Shown here one piece after another: positions 46,295 to 56,031 of a stretch of 56,031 nucleotides of DNA. Position 1 is the stretch's first letter, and each line of letters begins with the position of its first letter. Origin of the DNA: Candidatus Magasanikiibacteriota bacterium (GTDB lineage Bacteria; Patescibacteriota; Patescibacteriia; Magasanikbacterales; UBA922). The notes under the pieces are model-generated. The model ran no database searches. It was given only the letters and a program-made list of their open reading frames with translations, and was not told where the DNA came from. A program made the translations under genes and the position numbers. The DNA lies in contig JABIGQ010000039.1 of assembly GCA_018650085.1 (NCBI GenBank), positions 1 to 56,031 on the forward strand, read 5' to 3'.

Positions 46295-46852
46295 CTAAAT
46301 CTTATAATCCTTAACAAACTGAGGTTTCGCCATTATCTTTTTACATTTAGGACATTCTGTCATTTCGTTTATGGTCTTATCTTCCCAAGCATCAAAACAA
46401 AGTGGACATTCATACCAAGTTTTTTCTTCATCTAATACTTTTGTTACGTCTTTAAAGATTGGATTATAGTATTCTATGTCCATTAAGTGTTTGTATTTTA
46501 GGAAGATTTTTTGATACTTTTTACTTAATTCTTCGTCTTCTCCATCTGTCATGTTCCAAAGAAAAAAATCATCTGTGAAGTATTCTTGGAAACAGTACTC
46601 TGCTATTTTTTTCACACACCCATCATCATCAATATGTTTTTGCAAATTAAATACAAAATGTCTAGAAATACGATTATCTAAAATATTATATCTATTCATA
46701 TCTACACTCAAAGCACTAGTAGGTGCAATATCAGAAATAAGTAAACGCACTTGATCAATATCAATACTATGATCAACATAAAGATAATTTTCTATACCGT
46801 ACACAACAAAAAACTCCTTTAGGTTTTTATCTGTTTTTCTCCCAATAAACAT
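46295..46852 (-). CDS. Putative immunity protein with C-terminal zinc ribbon (partner of the orphan toxin tip)
   Basis: Starts 4 nt after the stop of the orphan toxin fragment; acidic; CPLC...CPKC. Confidence 0.6.
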   Translation of the reverse strand: MFIGRKTDKNLKEFFVVYGIENYLYVDHSIDIDQVRLLISDIAPTSALSVDMNRYNILDNRISRHFVFNLQKHIDDDGCVKKIAEYCFQEYFTDDFFLWNMTDGEDEELSKKYQKIFLKYKHLMDIEYYNPIFKDVTKVLDEEKTWYECPLCFDAWEDKTINEMTECPKCKKIMAKPQFVKDYKI

Positions 46853-46856
46853 ATAA

Positions 46857-47027
46857 TTAAAATTTAAAACCTGTCTTTCCTAATAAAATGATCTCATTTG
46901 TAATCTTATCTATTACCAAAGACTTTCCACTATTTGGATCAATAATTCTCAATATTTCATTACCTAGATTTAAATAATTAATCCCTTTATGTATCAAGCG
47001 TATACCATTATTAATGGTATTATTTTT
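46857..47027 (-). pseudogene. Orphan toxin C-terminal fragment, colicin E5-like RNase (not in the ORF track)
   Basis: Startless frame ...TINNGIRLIHKGINYLNLGNEILRIIDPNSGKSLVIDKITNEIILLGKTGFKF*, matching the N..N.GN...R...P.TG.S.VID..T.E.I..G..GFKY tail of colicin-E5-like polymorphic toxin tips. Confidence 0.65.
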
Positions 47028-47028
47028 T

Positions 47029-47379
47029 TCATTCTTTAAAAGCTTCTACAACAATATTGAATGCATCTAAAGATTTACCTACTAAATATTTTTGTGCAAT
47101 ACTAATTCCATCCTCAGAATCACTAAGTAACTCAAATGTACCTGTCATAACCAGATCATAAGCAGAACTATCACCACTATTTATTAAAGAATCTAACAAG
47201 TCAAAGCAAGACTTCAAAAGTATTTCATCTTTTTTATCAGCTAATTCTTTTATATACGTAGCTAATGCCCCAAAAACCATATATGGCAAATCTATATCCT
47301 CATCGGTATTCCGTGCATACATTTCAAATTCCGGGATAATTTTAAATAATTTTTTAACTATATTTTGATTAGTCATCAT
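47029..47379 (-). CDS. Cognate immunity protein of the Rhs toxin (DUF7674-like, all-alpha)
   Basis: 116 aa, acidic, starts 4 nt after the toxin stop; IPEF...LPYMVFGALA...FDLLDSLI.SGD....DLV..G.FELL. Confidence 0.75.
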   Translation of the reverse strand: MMTNQNIVKKLFKIIPEFEMYARNTDEDIDLPYMVFGALATYIKELADKKDEILLKSCFDLLDSLINSGDSSAYDLVMTGTFELLSDSEDGISIAQKYLVGKSLDAFNIVVEAFKE

Positions 47380-47383
47380 ACTA

Positions 47384-50300
47384 TTAATTTAATGCATTTA
47401 ATAAATCATTCAATAATTCTTGAGCTATAGATCTATCTGAAACAGATATATTCTCCCTCCCTAAAAATTTTCTCAATGCATTCACTGAATCTTGTCCTTT
47501 TTGTATATGATTACTACCACCTATTAATTCTCCTGTTATTTTCGTATGACGTATTGCATCAGCAGTTCCTCCGTCTCCATACTTTGCAGAACTCCTATAA
47601 TTCCTTTCAATTATACTTCGCAACTTTTGGTGCTGTACTTTTGATAAAAGATTCCCTCTTCTCGTATTCAATAATTTAATATTTGGGTCAACCCTTCTAA
47701 AATCATTAATATCTACATCTAACCCTCTTACTACACTGCCACGAAGAGATCTAGTAGGAACAAAAGGTAATTCACCTCCCATTAAAAATAACATTGCATC
47801 TAATTCCGTAAACTCATCCCCAGAAAACAAATATCTTCCTGTAATAGCTCCATATGCTTCAGATATATCACCTGTTATTGGAAAAGAATCTAATAATACA
47901 TCATAACCTGAATCATACATATCTGAATTTATATACCTAGGTGTAGAATTCATAGATGTAGAATCTGAACCATATCCATAATCAAATCCATAAGAATAAT
48001 TTGCTAGATTAAAATCCTCCCCAATCATCCCCGTAGGATCCACATACTTCAAAGGATTATTCTTCACATACACATACCTATTTCTCGACAAGACATCTCC
48101 ATCTCTACCCATATAAGAGTCTCGTGAAATAAATCTTCCAGTCTTTGGATTGTAATACCTAGCATTATAATAATACAATTCACTCTCAAAATCCTGCTCT
48201 TGGTTAGTGAAAAGATAGTTTGTTGTTTGTGTCCCTTCATACCCTATTGTACCACCAAATGCGTCATATTCATACATTCCTACTATTTCTGAAGATTCAT
48301 CTGTTAGTAGTACTGTACTTCCTAATACATCTGTATGTATATATGTTATTTCATCCTCTGCATCAATCTCTGCAATCATTTCTATGCCGTAAATATTTGT
48401 TTTACTCACAACACCCGCACTATCTAGTTCATTAAGAACTCGAAGTCCATCATTAATATAATAACTCGCTTCATTATTTACGGATTTTTTTATCCTATTT
48501 CCATAGTCATCATACGCAAAACTTACTGTATTTTGACTAGCACTTGGAAGAAAATTTGGTCTGCTATTGTCTGTGTAACTAATCTGAGAAAGCCTGTTTT
48601 CTGCATCCCAAACATAATCTACCGTTTTAAGTGGATCCCCACCTCTAGTATACACTTCTTGCGTAAGACTTCCATTTCCATCATAAACATTTGATACTGC
48701 AAGTGTATTATTTACCGTATAACTTGCTAGTTCATTTGTATTGAGAGCGTAAGTGTAATTTGTCGTGTCTGTATTGTTTACATAAGTTGTCCTATTCCCC
48801 CACTTATCATACGTATACGTCTGATCCACTCCTGCCCCAATAATTGTATAATCTACTGTTTTGAGCTGGTCGAGCGTATCGTATGTATAATCTATTATTC
48901 TAGTATTATTTTCTACTACACGTGTCCTATTATGCTCTGCATCATACGTGTAGTCATGACTCCACACTGTTTCTGCTTGTGGATTTACTATTGTTTGTGT
49001 TTCTAATCGTTGCAAGTCATCATATACATAATTAGTTGTATAATTATTTGCATATGTTAAACTTGCTGGTTTCCCAAAACTAGTATAACCATACGTTGCC
49101 AAAGGCTGCCCAAGATAATTTACTGTTTGGAGAAATCCTCTATTGTTATACGTATATGTTATTGTTTTTCCAGAAGCATCAGTCAAGCTTGCTGGACTTG
49201 AGTCTGTGTTATATGTTCTTGTAATTATTTTTGAATTCTCAGGCAAATCTGAAAATCTTTGTACTTCCTGTGTTTGTCTATTGAGATCATCATACGTATA
49301 GTTAGTTGTCAGCTCTAACGTAACACTTTGCGTATTGTTCCCCCAATTGTCATAAATATATGTTGACTGTGTTTCATCTGAAAATGTTTTTGATACAATT
49401 TGTCCAAGCACATCATACACATATGTAATTGTACTATTTTCTCCATCTACTTTTGTAATAATATTCCCTTCTGCATCATACGTATAATGTTCTGTTTTAT
49501 TTCCTAAACTAGTTACTTGCGTCACTCTATTTAAATCATCATACAGAAAACTAGTCACATGCCCATCTACATTTTCAGACAATCTATTTCCATTATTATC
49601 ATAGGTATATATTGTTTGGGTTCCTTGTACATTGGTTTCACTTGTAAGCTGATCTAATTTATTATACACAAAACTAGTGCTATTTCCTTTTTTATCTATT
49701 CTACTAGTAATATTTCCATGCCCATCATAAACAAGAGTACTCGTATTATTATACGCATCTATTGTATCTGTTTTTCTATGTCCTGTATCATAGATATAAT
49801 CTACGGTTGTATTATCTGCATAGGTAATTCCTGTTTGATTTCCTTGTGCATCATAGGTATATCTCGTAATATTTCCTCCATTATCTTCTTCTGAAATAAG
49901 TCTATTAAATTCATCATAGATATATGTAGTAACCCTGCTTTCTTTATCTGTAACTGTCAAAACATTACCCAGGGCATCATAAGTATAGCTAATACTATTA
50001 CCATAAGCATCTGTTTCTGTTAGCTTTCTTCCTAATTTGTCATAAGTATAACTCACTGTATGAGTATTGTTTAAACCATCTGCCGATTGACGGTCTATCA
50101 TATTTGTCAAATCACCACGTGCATTATATGTAAAAATACTTTCTGTATCATCTGCATAACGAATACGGATTCGTCGCCCTGCTTCATCATAGTCATATGT
50201 TATCGTATTTCCATCACTATTACATAATCCTACATCCATCAAACAACGATCTTGTTTTTCACCAACTCTATTCCCTATTGCGTCATACACATATTCTATA

Positions 50301-53300
50301 TGATGGCCCACTTCATTTTCTTCTTCAACTAATTGGTTATTTGCATTGTATTCAAATACAGTCCTATTCCCATTTGGATCTATTACTCGTATTTGATTTC
50401 CAAAACCATCATACACATATTGTATTGATACAAAATCAATAGCAGTAGAATATGCACGTTCTTCCATTATCTGATTTCGTGCATCATAGATATATACTTT
50501 TTTTCTTCCTTCTATATCTGTTTCTTCTTTGAGGTTTCCTTTTGCATCATAAATATAATCTATTGTCAAAACAGGTGTTATTTTTTGACTGATTCTTCCA
50601 TTATCATCATAGACATAACTTATTTCATTACCATTCGCATCTGTTTCGGTTACTAATCTTCCAAGGTTATCATAATCTTTACTTGTCACAATATCTGCTT
50701 GTGTAAGACCAATTTGTTTTGTCTCAAGCAAACTTGCAGATATATCTGTTGCATATACAAATTCTGTACGTTGATTATTTTCATTTACCCTTGCTGTTCT
50801 GTGTCCTTCTATATCATATTCATATGTTTTTATTCCTCCGAGTGGATTTGTTTCGGTAAGAATATTGTTTTGATTGTCATATGTGTAAGTATATACTTCT
50901 CCCATTGGGTCAGTATAAGTTTCTCTATTTCCAAAGACATCATAAGTATATGTTTTTGTTATAGTTTCTTGTTGATTATCTGCATCTGTTACTGTTTTAC
51001 TTTCTGTTAATCTATAATTTCCATTTACATCGTATGTGTAGGTTATAATGTTACTATTCTTATCTGTGTGAGTAAGTATATTCCCATATTGGTCATAAGT
51101 ATAGCTTTCTGTATTCCCCATTGGGTCAATTACAGATAAAATATTCCCATCTGTTGGGTCTATAGTATAGCTTGTTACTTTCTCATCATAAAGTTCTGCT
51201 TGGACTACCCCGTCTATGATTTCATATACTTGTTCTCGTTTTTCTTGGATTCTATTGAAAGCTCCATAAGTATATGTTATTTTTGTTCTCCAGTTTTCTG
51301 TATTTGGTAATATTGTGCTTACAACTCTTCTATCTGTATCATAAGTATATCCTGTTGTTTTATTGTTTTGGTCTGTTTTGGATATCACCATTCCTTCTGC
51401 ATTTCTTGTTTGGGTTATAGTATTTCCATCGGTATCAAATTGAGCAACTTTTAAATGTTTGTCACTATAACAATATTTCTCTAATGTAAAATTGACTTCA
51501 TCACTATAATTTTTTACAAGTGTACAATAACTATCTCCTGTAACAGCAGGATCTTCTCCTAGATACGCCAATGTCCAAACCAAGCGTTTTTCTCCTACTT
51601 GATCTTTATCTGAATTATATTCATGCTGAACTGTCGTACGCCCTTCTGCATCATATGTATTATATAAAATAGTTCCACGAGCATCAGTATATGTATATAA
51701 TCTATATACATCAGTATCTACATATTTTGCATAAGTAAAACTATCTGTTTTTATTGTTGTTACTCCATCTGTTATAATTGTTTTTCTTACTTCTTTGAGT
51801 ACTGGGATTTCTGAATCTAATGTTTCATAGATATAATCAATTGTTGCACTATTATTTGGGTCTCCTGAATTATATGTAACTTTTGTTACTTTATCCCAAC
51901 GTTTATCATCAGTAATTTCTCCATAGGTAAATGTTATTTCTCGCCCAGAAGAATCTACTACTTGGGTAAGCATATCTACATTTCTTTTTTCTGTATAATT
52001 GAATATTGTCGCATTAGCATTGGTATCTTCAATCCTCTCAAGCAAGCCCATATTGTCTGTGAGCTTTAGAGAATAATAATATTTCATTCCTGATAACTTT
52101 TCTAAAATAAGAAATGTTTCTGTTGCATCATTATATAATTTGTCTGTCTGTCCTGCTGATACATATTTTCCATCAACCATTTCAAATATATTTGCTACTG
52201 TTCCCCCTTTGTATACCACAACTTTTCCGCTTGTTGGGTCTTTATAATAATATTGATTATATGAATATTTCCATCCCAATCCAAAACGAGCATTTTTTAT
52301 AGTTTTACTATTATAATATCTGGTTAAATCTATTGATTCTCCACGACCTGACAATTGTAGGTCTGTCTGTGTTAGTTCAAATGATCCTGTTCTGGCATCT
52401 ACTGGATCTGCTACTGGAGTCATTTCTCCATTTGAATTCTCTTGACTTTGGCTATCGTCTGTTGGATTTACATCAACAATTCCCTCTGTAGTTCCTCCTA
52501 GTCCTTCTTCTAACTCTACTATTCCATCCCCATCATTATCTGCTGTGGTGTGTGTTGGATTAGAAGAACCTGAACCACTTTGAGGAGATTTAGTAGTAAA
52601 ATACCATTGGCTACTAGGAAAATATCCTTCTGCTCCATCATTATCCCGTGCTTTTACTCGCCAATAATACCGTGTTCCATATGATAAATTACTCACACCA
52701 AATACAGAGTTATTATTCCCAATCCATTCTGAATAAAAATCTGTACCAGAAAAATACTGATCTGTACTTATTTCTACAAAATAATCTACAATTGATCCAT
52801 CTGGATCTGAACATCCCCAGTCAAGATTTAATGATAAATTTTGATTTGATGCAGTAATATTAGGGGAAACAATGGTACAACGACTTGGGACTTGATTAAT
52901 GTCTACTTCTATGTATGCTGTATTATTATCTTCATTTAATTCTATAATATTTTCATTATCATCTATCTGAAATAAAATATAGTTACTCCCTAAATAATCC
53001 AGACTTTCTGGCAATGGTAGAGGATTCGATACATCTATATATTCACCAGAAGCTAAAGAACTAATATTTCTTGAATTAAGCGGAAAATCATTATCATCAA
53101 CAACCGTATCTGTAGACAAATAATATTGTAATGTAAATAAATTATTTATATCTCCCCCGCTATTTCTTATACGCACACTCGCTGTCGGCACATCTCCAAC
53201 AATTAATGATACATCCTCAACACTTTGGTCTTCTAAAATTAAATCTGGCAAATCTTGTAAATTAAAATTTACAATTCTTGAAAAAAGAATATCATCCTCA

Positions 53301-55903
53301 TTATAATCATCATTTTGGGCAATCTCTACTAAATCACTATCATATAAATGCATATATGTATCTGGCTCCCCATTTGTAGGACCCGATGTTTGAATCGTCA
53401 CAACACTGCCTGAACGAGAAAAAGATAAGTGATATGTTCCTATTTCTGTATCCCTATAACCTCGTACTTTAATATAATAATTTTTTCCATCATATATAAA
53501 ACGATACCAATCTTCATCTGCTTCTGTAAGATATGAATTATTACGTGTATAACTTGTACTAGAACCAAGATATTCAGCAGAGCCACTTGAATCATTTGGT
53601 TCATATGGATCTAAAATCGGTTCACTAATAGTAACCTCTTCATAGACAACATTATTTTCTTCATTTGACTCCCCTACAACCCCAGCTTTATCTGCACGAA
53701 ATAAAATATAATATGTTCCTGGCCCATTATATGTTGAATCTGCTGCTAAAAAATTTTCAGAAAATGTTATATTTGTATATTCATCATTATAACCTTGAGA
53801 AGACAAAGCATCTACACTATCTGATGCAATAAGATAATCCAATTGATCCCATTGAGTATCTCGAGATAAATAATAGCCCACAGAGGATGCACCACTATCA
53901 TCACTTCCTTGATTAAGAATACGTACATCCAATCGTACTGCGTCTCCTACAGTAATAGCATCATCACTCACATCTCTTGTACTTGGAATCAAATCAATAT
54001 TAGTTTCTGTAAGAAGTACTCTAATATATGGGGCATAATCACCAGCTTCCTCTTGAGCATTAAATACTAATAACCTATCTTTCCAACTTGCAGGAGGAGT
54101 ATTTCCTGATGACCATTCTTCACTAGGCTCTAACAGTACTCCCCAATTTATTTCTCCTCCCTTCCATTGTCTCACTGAATTTGTTATGTCAAAACTTACC
54201 CATCTTTGTGTCTCAGAACTATCGAATGTATCTATTGATTCATTTTCTTTTTCCAAGTGTTCACGAAAATATGGATAAGATAATGATGAAATATTATATG
54301 GCGGCCATGCTTTTGTAACCCGCTTTGCTTCTAAATTAACAACTTGATCACTCCCCTCACCAAAATTGTGATAATACATTTTTAATTGTGCATTATCCAC
54401 ATCTCCTGGAAGATTCATATAATCAGCAGCTGCAGCGACTATAAGATGCCGAGTATAATCATTTACTCCATTTACCAAGCGTCCAGTATATAATCTACCT
54501 TCAAACTCTTCTTCCGCAGAAGGATTTTGTGCCCCCCCATTTACCGCACGAAGATAAAAATCAAATTGATTACAATCCAAATAATATCTTCCACTATAAT
54601 TTTCTTTACATGGATAATATACAGGATCAATAATAACTGGATATACCCGTTCTTTTGCTGTTAAATATGAACCAGGAACTTCCAATCCAATTCTCATTTT
54701 TCTTAACTCATAATCTACTTCTACAATCTGATCCAATCCAATATGAGACAATTCACCATACATTGAAGTATCTTCTTGAGAATCAAACATAATTGCCCCA
54801 GTAATTCTTAACTCACTTTGATCTGGAAAAACAATTCTAACATTTTCATTATTCTGTAAAATTTGCGTACCCTTTATTCTATCTTCTCCTACCAAAACAT
54901 CACTCCCTTTGGGAAATTCATATTCTTCCCAAAACAAAAGTTTATCTTTTAAGGAAATATCTTCTGGCTCTGATTGTATTATTATTTTCCTTTCTCTACT
55001 AAACGCTTTATCATGAAATAACACATCTACATTCGGATACATATTTTTAATTGTAGAAATAGATGTGTTATTTTCTTTTGTATAAGAAACAGTCCCTGAT
55101 ACGGGTTTTTTTATGTAGGAATTTTCATCAACTGAATCAACTTTTTCTAAATTTCCTGCACTAATAGCCACCGAATATCCTTCTTCTGACGTTGGTGTAT
55201 CATACTGATACCCAACATATTTTTCTACAGACTGAAACCTTGACTTATCCGCATCTTGAAATAAACTCCAATCTTTTGAACGAAGAAAAGTTTCACCATT
55301 TTTTTCATCAATTTGCACTGGTCTAGGTGTCTGATAAATATGCCATATTTGATCTCCATTTTCTTTATACGCAACATCACGCACACTATCTACTACATGG
55401 AACTCTAGATCTTCATTCAATTTTTCAACCTTTTCTTCCTCCACAAACAAACTCTTCACTGGTTCAATAATTTCTTCTGTAACAAAATCCACAACTTTAT
55501 CAAAAAAACTTTCTTCTTTAGTTAATTCTTTTGCTTCTTCCTCTTCTACAATAAAGTCAAGCGAATTTGCACCGCTAACTTCTTCAAGTGGCATGAGAAT
55601 TGCTTGCTCTGGTTTAATATCAGATACAGTCGTTGTTGTAAATATAGAAGATTCTTCAGATTGTACAACAACGTCCTCTTCTACTTCTACATCTGTAATA
55701 ATGCTTGTTTCTGTACTTGTCGGCACAGGCTCTACTAAATTTTCTATAGCAATATGTTCAATATCTACACTTTCTTCTTCTACAACAATAATATTATCCA
55801 CAGAAGTACTCGTGGAAATACTCTGCGCAAAAACAGACACAGTAGGGAATAAAGCAAAGTATATACTAAACACTATAAATGTATATTGTTTTATTTTTTT
55901 CAT
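47384..55903 (-). CDS. Giant secreted WapA-like Rhs/YD-repeat polymorphic toxin (signal peptide, YPVxIDP/DNRLRE-like, CARDB x2, PPC-like, FN3, DUF6531, YD repeats, Rhs core, PT-TG, Ntox28-like tip)
   Basis: Signal MKKIKQYTFIVFSIYFALFPTVSVFA; YPVIIDP; GESNEENN and IELNEDNN CARDB ends; YYWRVKA; ADPVDARTG; many YxYD..G repeats; LYYYNARYYNP.TGRFISRD...NPLKYVDPTG. Confidence 0.93.
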   Translation of the reverse strand: MKKIKQYTFIVFSIYFALFPTVSVFAQSISTSTSVDNIIVVEEESVDIEHIAIENLVEPVPTSTETSIITDVEVEEDVVVQSEESSIFTTTTVSDIKPEQAILMPLEEVSGANSLDFIVEEEEAKELTKEESFFDKVVDFVTEEIIEPVKSLFVEEEKVEKLNEDLEFHVVDSVRDVAYKENGDQIWHIYQTPRPVQIDEKNGETFLRSKDWSLFQDADKSRFQSVEKYVGYQYDTPTSEEGYSVAISAGNLEKVDSVDENSYIKKPVSGTVSYTKENNTSISTIKNMYPNVDVLFHDKAFSRERKIIIQSEPEDISLKDKLLFWEEYEFPKGSDVLVGEDRIKGTQILQNNENVRIVFPDQSELRITGAIMFDSQEDTSMYGELSHIGLDQIVEVDYELRKMRIGLEVPGSYLTAKERVYPVIIDPVYYPCKENYSGRYYLDCNQFDFYLRAVNGGAQNPSAEEEFEGRLYTGRLVNGVNDYTRHLIVAAAADYMNLPGDVDNAQLKMYYHNFGEGSDQVVNLEAKRVTKAWPPYNISSLSYPYFREHLEKENESIDTFDSSETQRWVSFDITNSVRQWKGGEINWGVLLEPSEEWSSGNTPPASWKDRLLVFNAQEEAGDYAPYIRVLLTETNIDLIPSTRDVSDDAITVGDAVRLDVRILNQGSDDSGASSVGYYLSRDTQWDQLDYLIASDSVDALSSQGYNDEYTNITFSENFLAADSTYNGPGTYYILFRADKAGVVGESNEENNVVYEEVTISEPILDPYEPNDSSGSAEYLGSSTSYTRNNSYLTEADEDWYRFIYDGKNYYIKVRGYRDTEIGTYHLSFSRSGSVVTIQTSGPTNGEPDTYMHLYDSDLVEIAQNDDYNEDDILFSRIVNFNLQDLPDLILEDQSVEDVSLIVGDVPTASVRIRNSGGDINNLFTLQYYLSTDTVVDDNDFPLNSRNISSLASGEYIDVSNPLPLPESLDYLGSNYILFQIDDNENIIELNEDNNTAYIEVDINQVPSRCTIVSPNITASNQNLSLNLDWGCSDPDGSIVDYFVEISTDQYFSGTDFYSEWIGNNNSVFGVSNLSYGTRYYWRVKARDNDGAEGYFPSSQWYFTTKSPQSGSGSSNPTHTTADNDGDGIVELEEGLGGTTEGIVDVNPTDDSQSQENSNGEMTPVADPVDARTGSFELTQTDLQLSGRGESIDLTRYYNSKTIKNARFGLGWKYSYNQYYYKDPTSGKVVVYKGGTVANIFEMVDGKYVSAGQTDKLYNDATETFLILEKLSGMKYYYSLKLTDNMGLLERIEDTNANATIFNYTEKRNVDMLTQVVDSSGREITFTYGEITDDKRWDKVTKVTYNSGDPNNSATIDYIYETLDSEIPVLKEVRKTIITDGVTTIKTDSFTYAKYVDTDVYRLYTYTDARGTILYNTYDAEGRTTVQHEYNSDKDQVGEKRLVWTLAYLGEDPAVTGDSYCTLVKNYSDEVNFTLEKYCYSDKHLKVAQFDTDGNTITQTRNAEGMVISKTDQNNKTTGYTYDTDRRVVSTILPNTENWRTKITYTYGAFNRIQEKREQVYEIIDGVVQAELYDEKVTSYTIDPTDGNILSVIDPMGNTESYTYDQYGNILTHTDKNSNIITYTYDVNGNYRLTESKTVTDADNQQETITKTYTYDVFGNRETYTDPMGEVYTYTYDNQNNILTETNPLGGIKTYEYDIEGHRTARVNENNQRTEFVYATDISASLLETKQIGLTQADIVTSKDYDNLGRLVTETDANGNEISYVYDDNGRISQKITPVLTIDYIYDAKGNLKEETDIEGRKKVYIYDARNQIMEERAYSTAIDFVSIQYVYDGFGNQIRVIDPNGNRTVFEYNANNQLVEEENEVGHHIEYVYDAIGNRVGEKQDRCLMDVGLCNSDGNTITYDYDEAGRRIRIRYADDTESIFTYNARGDLTNMIDRQSADGLNNTHTVSYTYDKLGRKLTETDAYGNSISYTYDALGNVLTVTDKESRVTTYIYDEFNRLISEEDNGGNITRYTYDAQGNQTGITYADNTTVDYIYDTGHRKTDTIDAYNNTSTLVYDGHGNITSRIDKKGNSTSFVYNKLDQLTSETNVQGTQTIYTYDNNGNRLSENVDGHVTSFLYDDLNRVTQVTSLGNKTEHYTYDAEGNIITKVDGENSTITYVYDVLGQIVSKTFSDETQSTYIYDNWGNNTQSVTLELTTNYTYDDLNRQTQEVQRFSDLPENSKIITRTYNTDSSPASLTDASGKTITYTYNNRGFLQTVNYLGQPLATYGYTSFGKPASLTYANNYTTNYVYDDLQRLETQTIVNPQAETVWSHDYTYDAEHNRTRVVENNTRIIDYTYDTLDQLKTVDYTIIGAGVDQTYTYDKWGNRTTYVNNTDTTNYTYALNTNELASYTVNNTLAVSNVYDGNGSLTQEVYTRGGDPLKTVDYVWDAENRLSQISYTDNSRPNFLPSASQNTVSFAYDDYGNRIKKSVNNEASYYINDGLRVLNELDSAGVVSKTNIYGIEMIAEIDAEDEITYIHTDVLGSTVLLTDESSEIVGMYEYDAFGGTIGYEGTQTTNYLFTNQEQDFESELYYYNARYYNPKTGRFISRDSYMGRDGDVLSRNRYVYVKNNPLKYVDPTGMIGEDFNLANYSYGFDYGYGSDSTSMNSTPRYINSDMYDSGYDVLLDSFPITGDISEAYGAITGRYLFSGDEFTELDAMLFLMGGELPFVPTRSLRGSVVRGLDVDINDFRRVDPNIKLLNTRRGNLLSKVQHQKLRSIIERNYRSSAKYGDGGTADAIRHTKITGELIGGSNHIQKGQDSVNALRKFLGRENISVSDRSIAQELLNDLLNALN

Positions 55904-55925
55904 AATAATTTTTTAATATATAAAC

Positions 55926-56031
55926 TTATTCAACTACTGATTCTATAAAGACATTATCCACCCACAGCTCACCATTTCCTACAAACTCATGATGAGGGGC
56001 TTCATATATTTGTCCTTCATATTCAATTTCC
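55926..56031 (-). CDS. 3' end of an upstream gene (partial, unidentified)
   Basis: Open frame EIEYEGQIYEAPHHEFVGNGELWVDNVFIESVVE*, ending 22 nt before the Rhs start. Confidence 0.65.
   Translation of the reverse strand, partial: EIEYEGQIYEAPHHEFVGNGELWVDNVFIESVVE

Noticed and set aside
48100..52400. Nucleotide-level quasi-repeats (tcata..tata) as DGR or tandem repeat
   Set aside because: Explained by YD-repeat coding; no reverse transcriptase or TR/VR pair seen
8024..55916. Numerous 60-135 aa ORFs nested antisense or out of frame within long genes
   Set aside because: They overlap well-supported CDSs and lack recognisable motifs or start signals

Overview
AT-rich, gene-dense chromosomal window. 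Its gene set (DUF4012, GQGC lipobox propeller, paired FemABX, alpha2 GlyRS, mostly SD-less or leaderless starts) suggests a Patescibacteria/CPR bacterium; this taxonomy is an inference. Genes run mostly on + up to about 31.4 kb and mostly on - after about 32.2 kb. They converge on a palindromic 11-6-11 dif-like site at 31951-31978, so the window probably spans the replication terminus. Most content is housekeeping (def, priA, rsmI, mreB, holB, frr, dtd, glyQS, tpiA, two tRNAs, murF, serS, lysS, greA). The main finds are: (1) a very compact T-box riboswitch before glyQS, with a textbook antiterminator/terminator but no canonical Stem I and a second GGGTGGAACC that may present a GGA specifier; (2) a Sec-exported WapA-like Rhs polymorphic toxin with a PT-TG plus Ntox28-like tRNase tip and its immunity gene, followed by an unannotated orphan colicin-E5-like toxin tip with a second immunity-like gene, plus a distant orphan Imm17; (3) degenerate dif half-sites and two tandem small-peptide cassettes with a shared 56-60 bp leader beside dif; (4) a 42-bp gene-3'-end duplication flanking an inserted HD gene; (5) a boxA-like leader on a methyltransferase-like/DUF1848 operon; (6) a PriA with degenerate helicase motifs. 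Family names come from motif recognition, not database searches.
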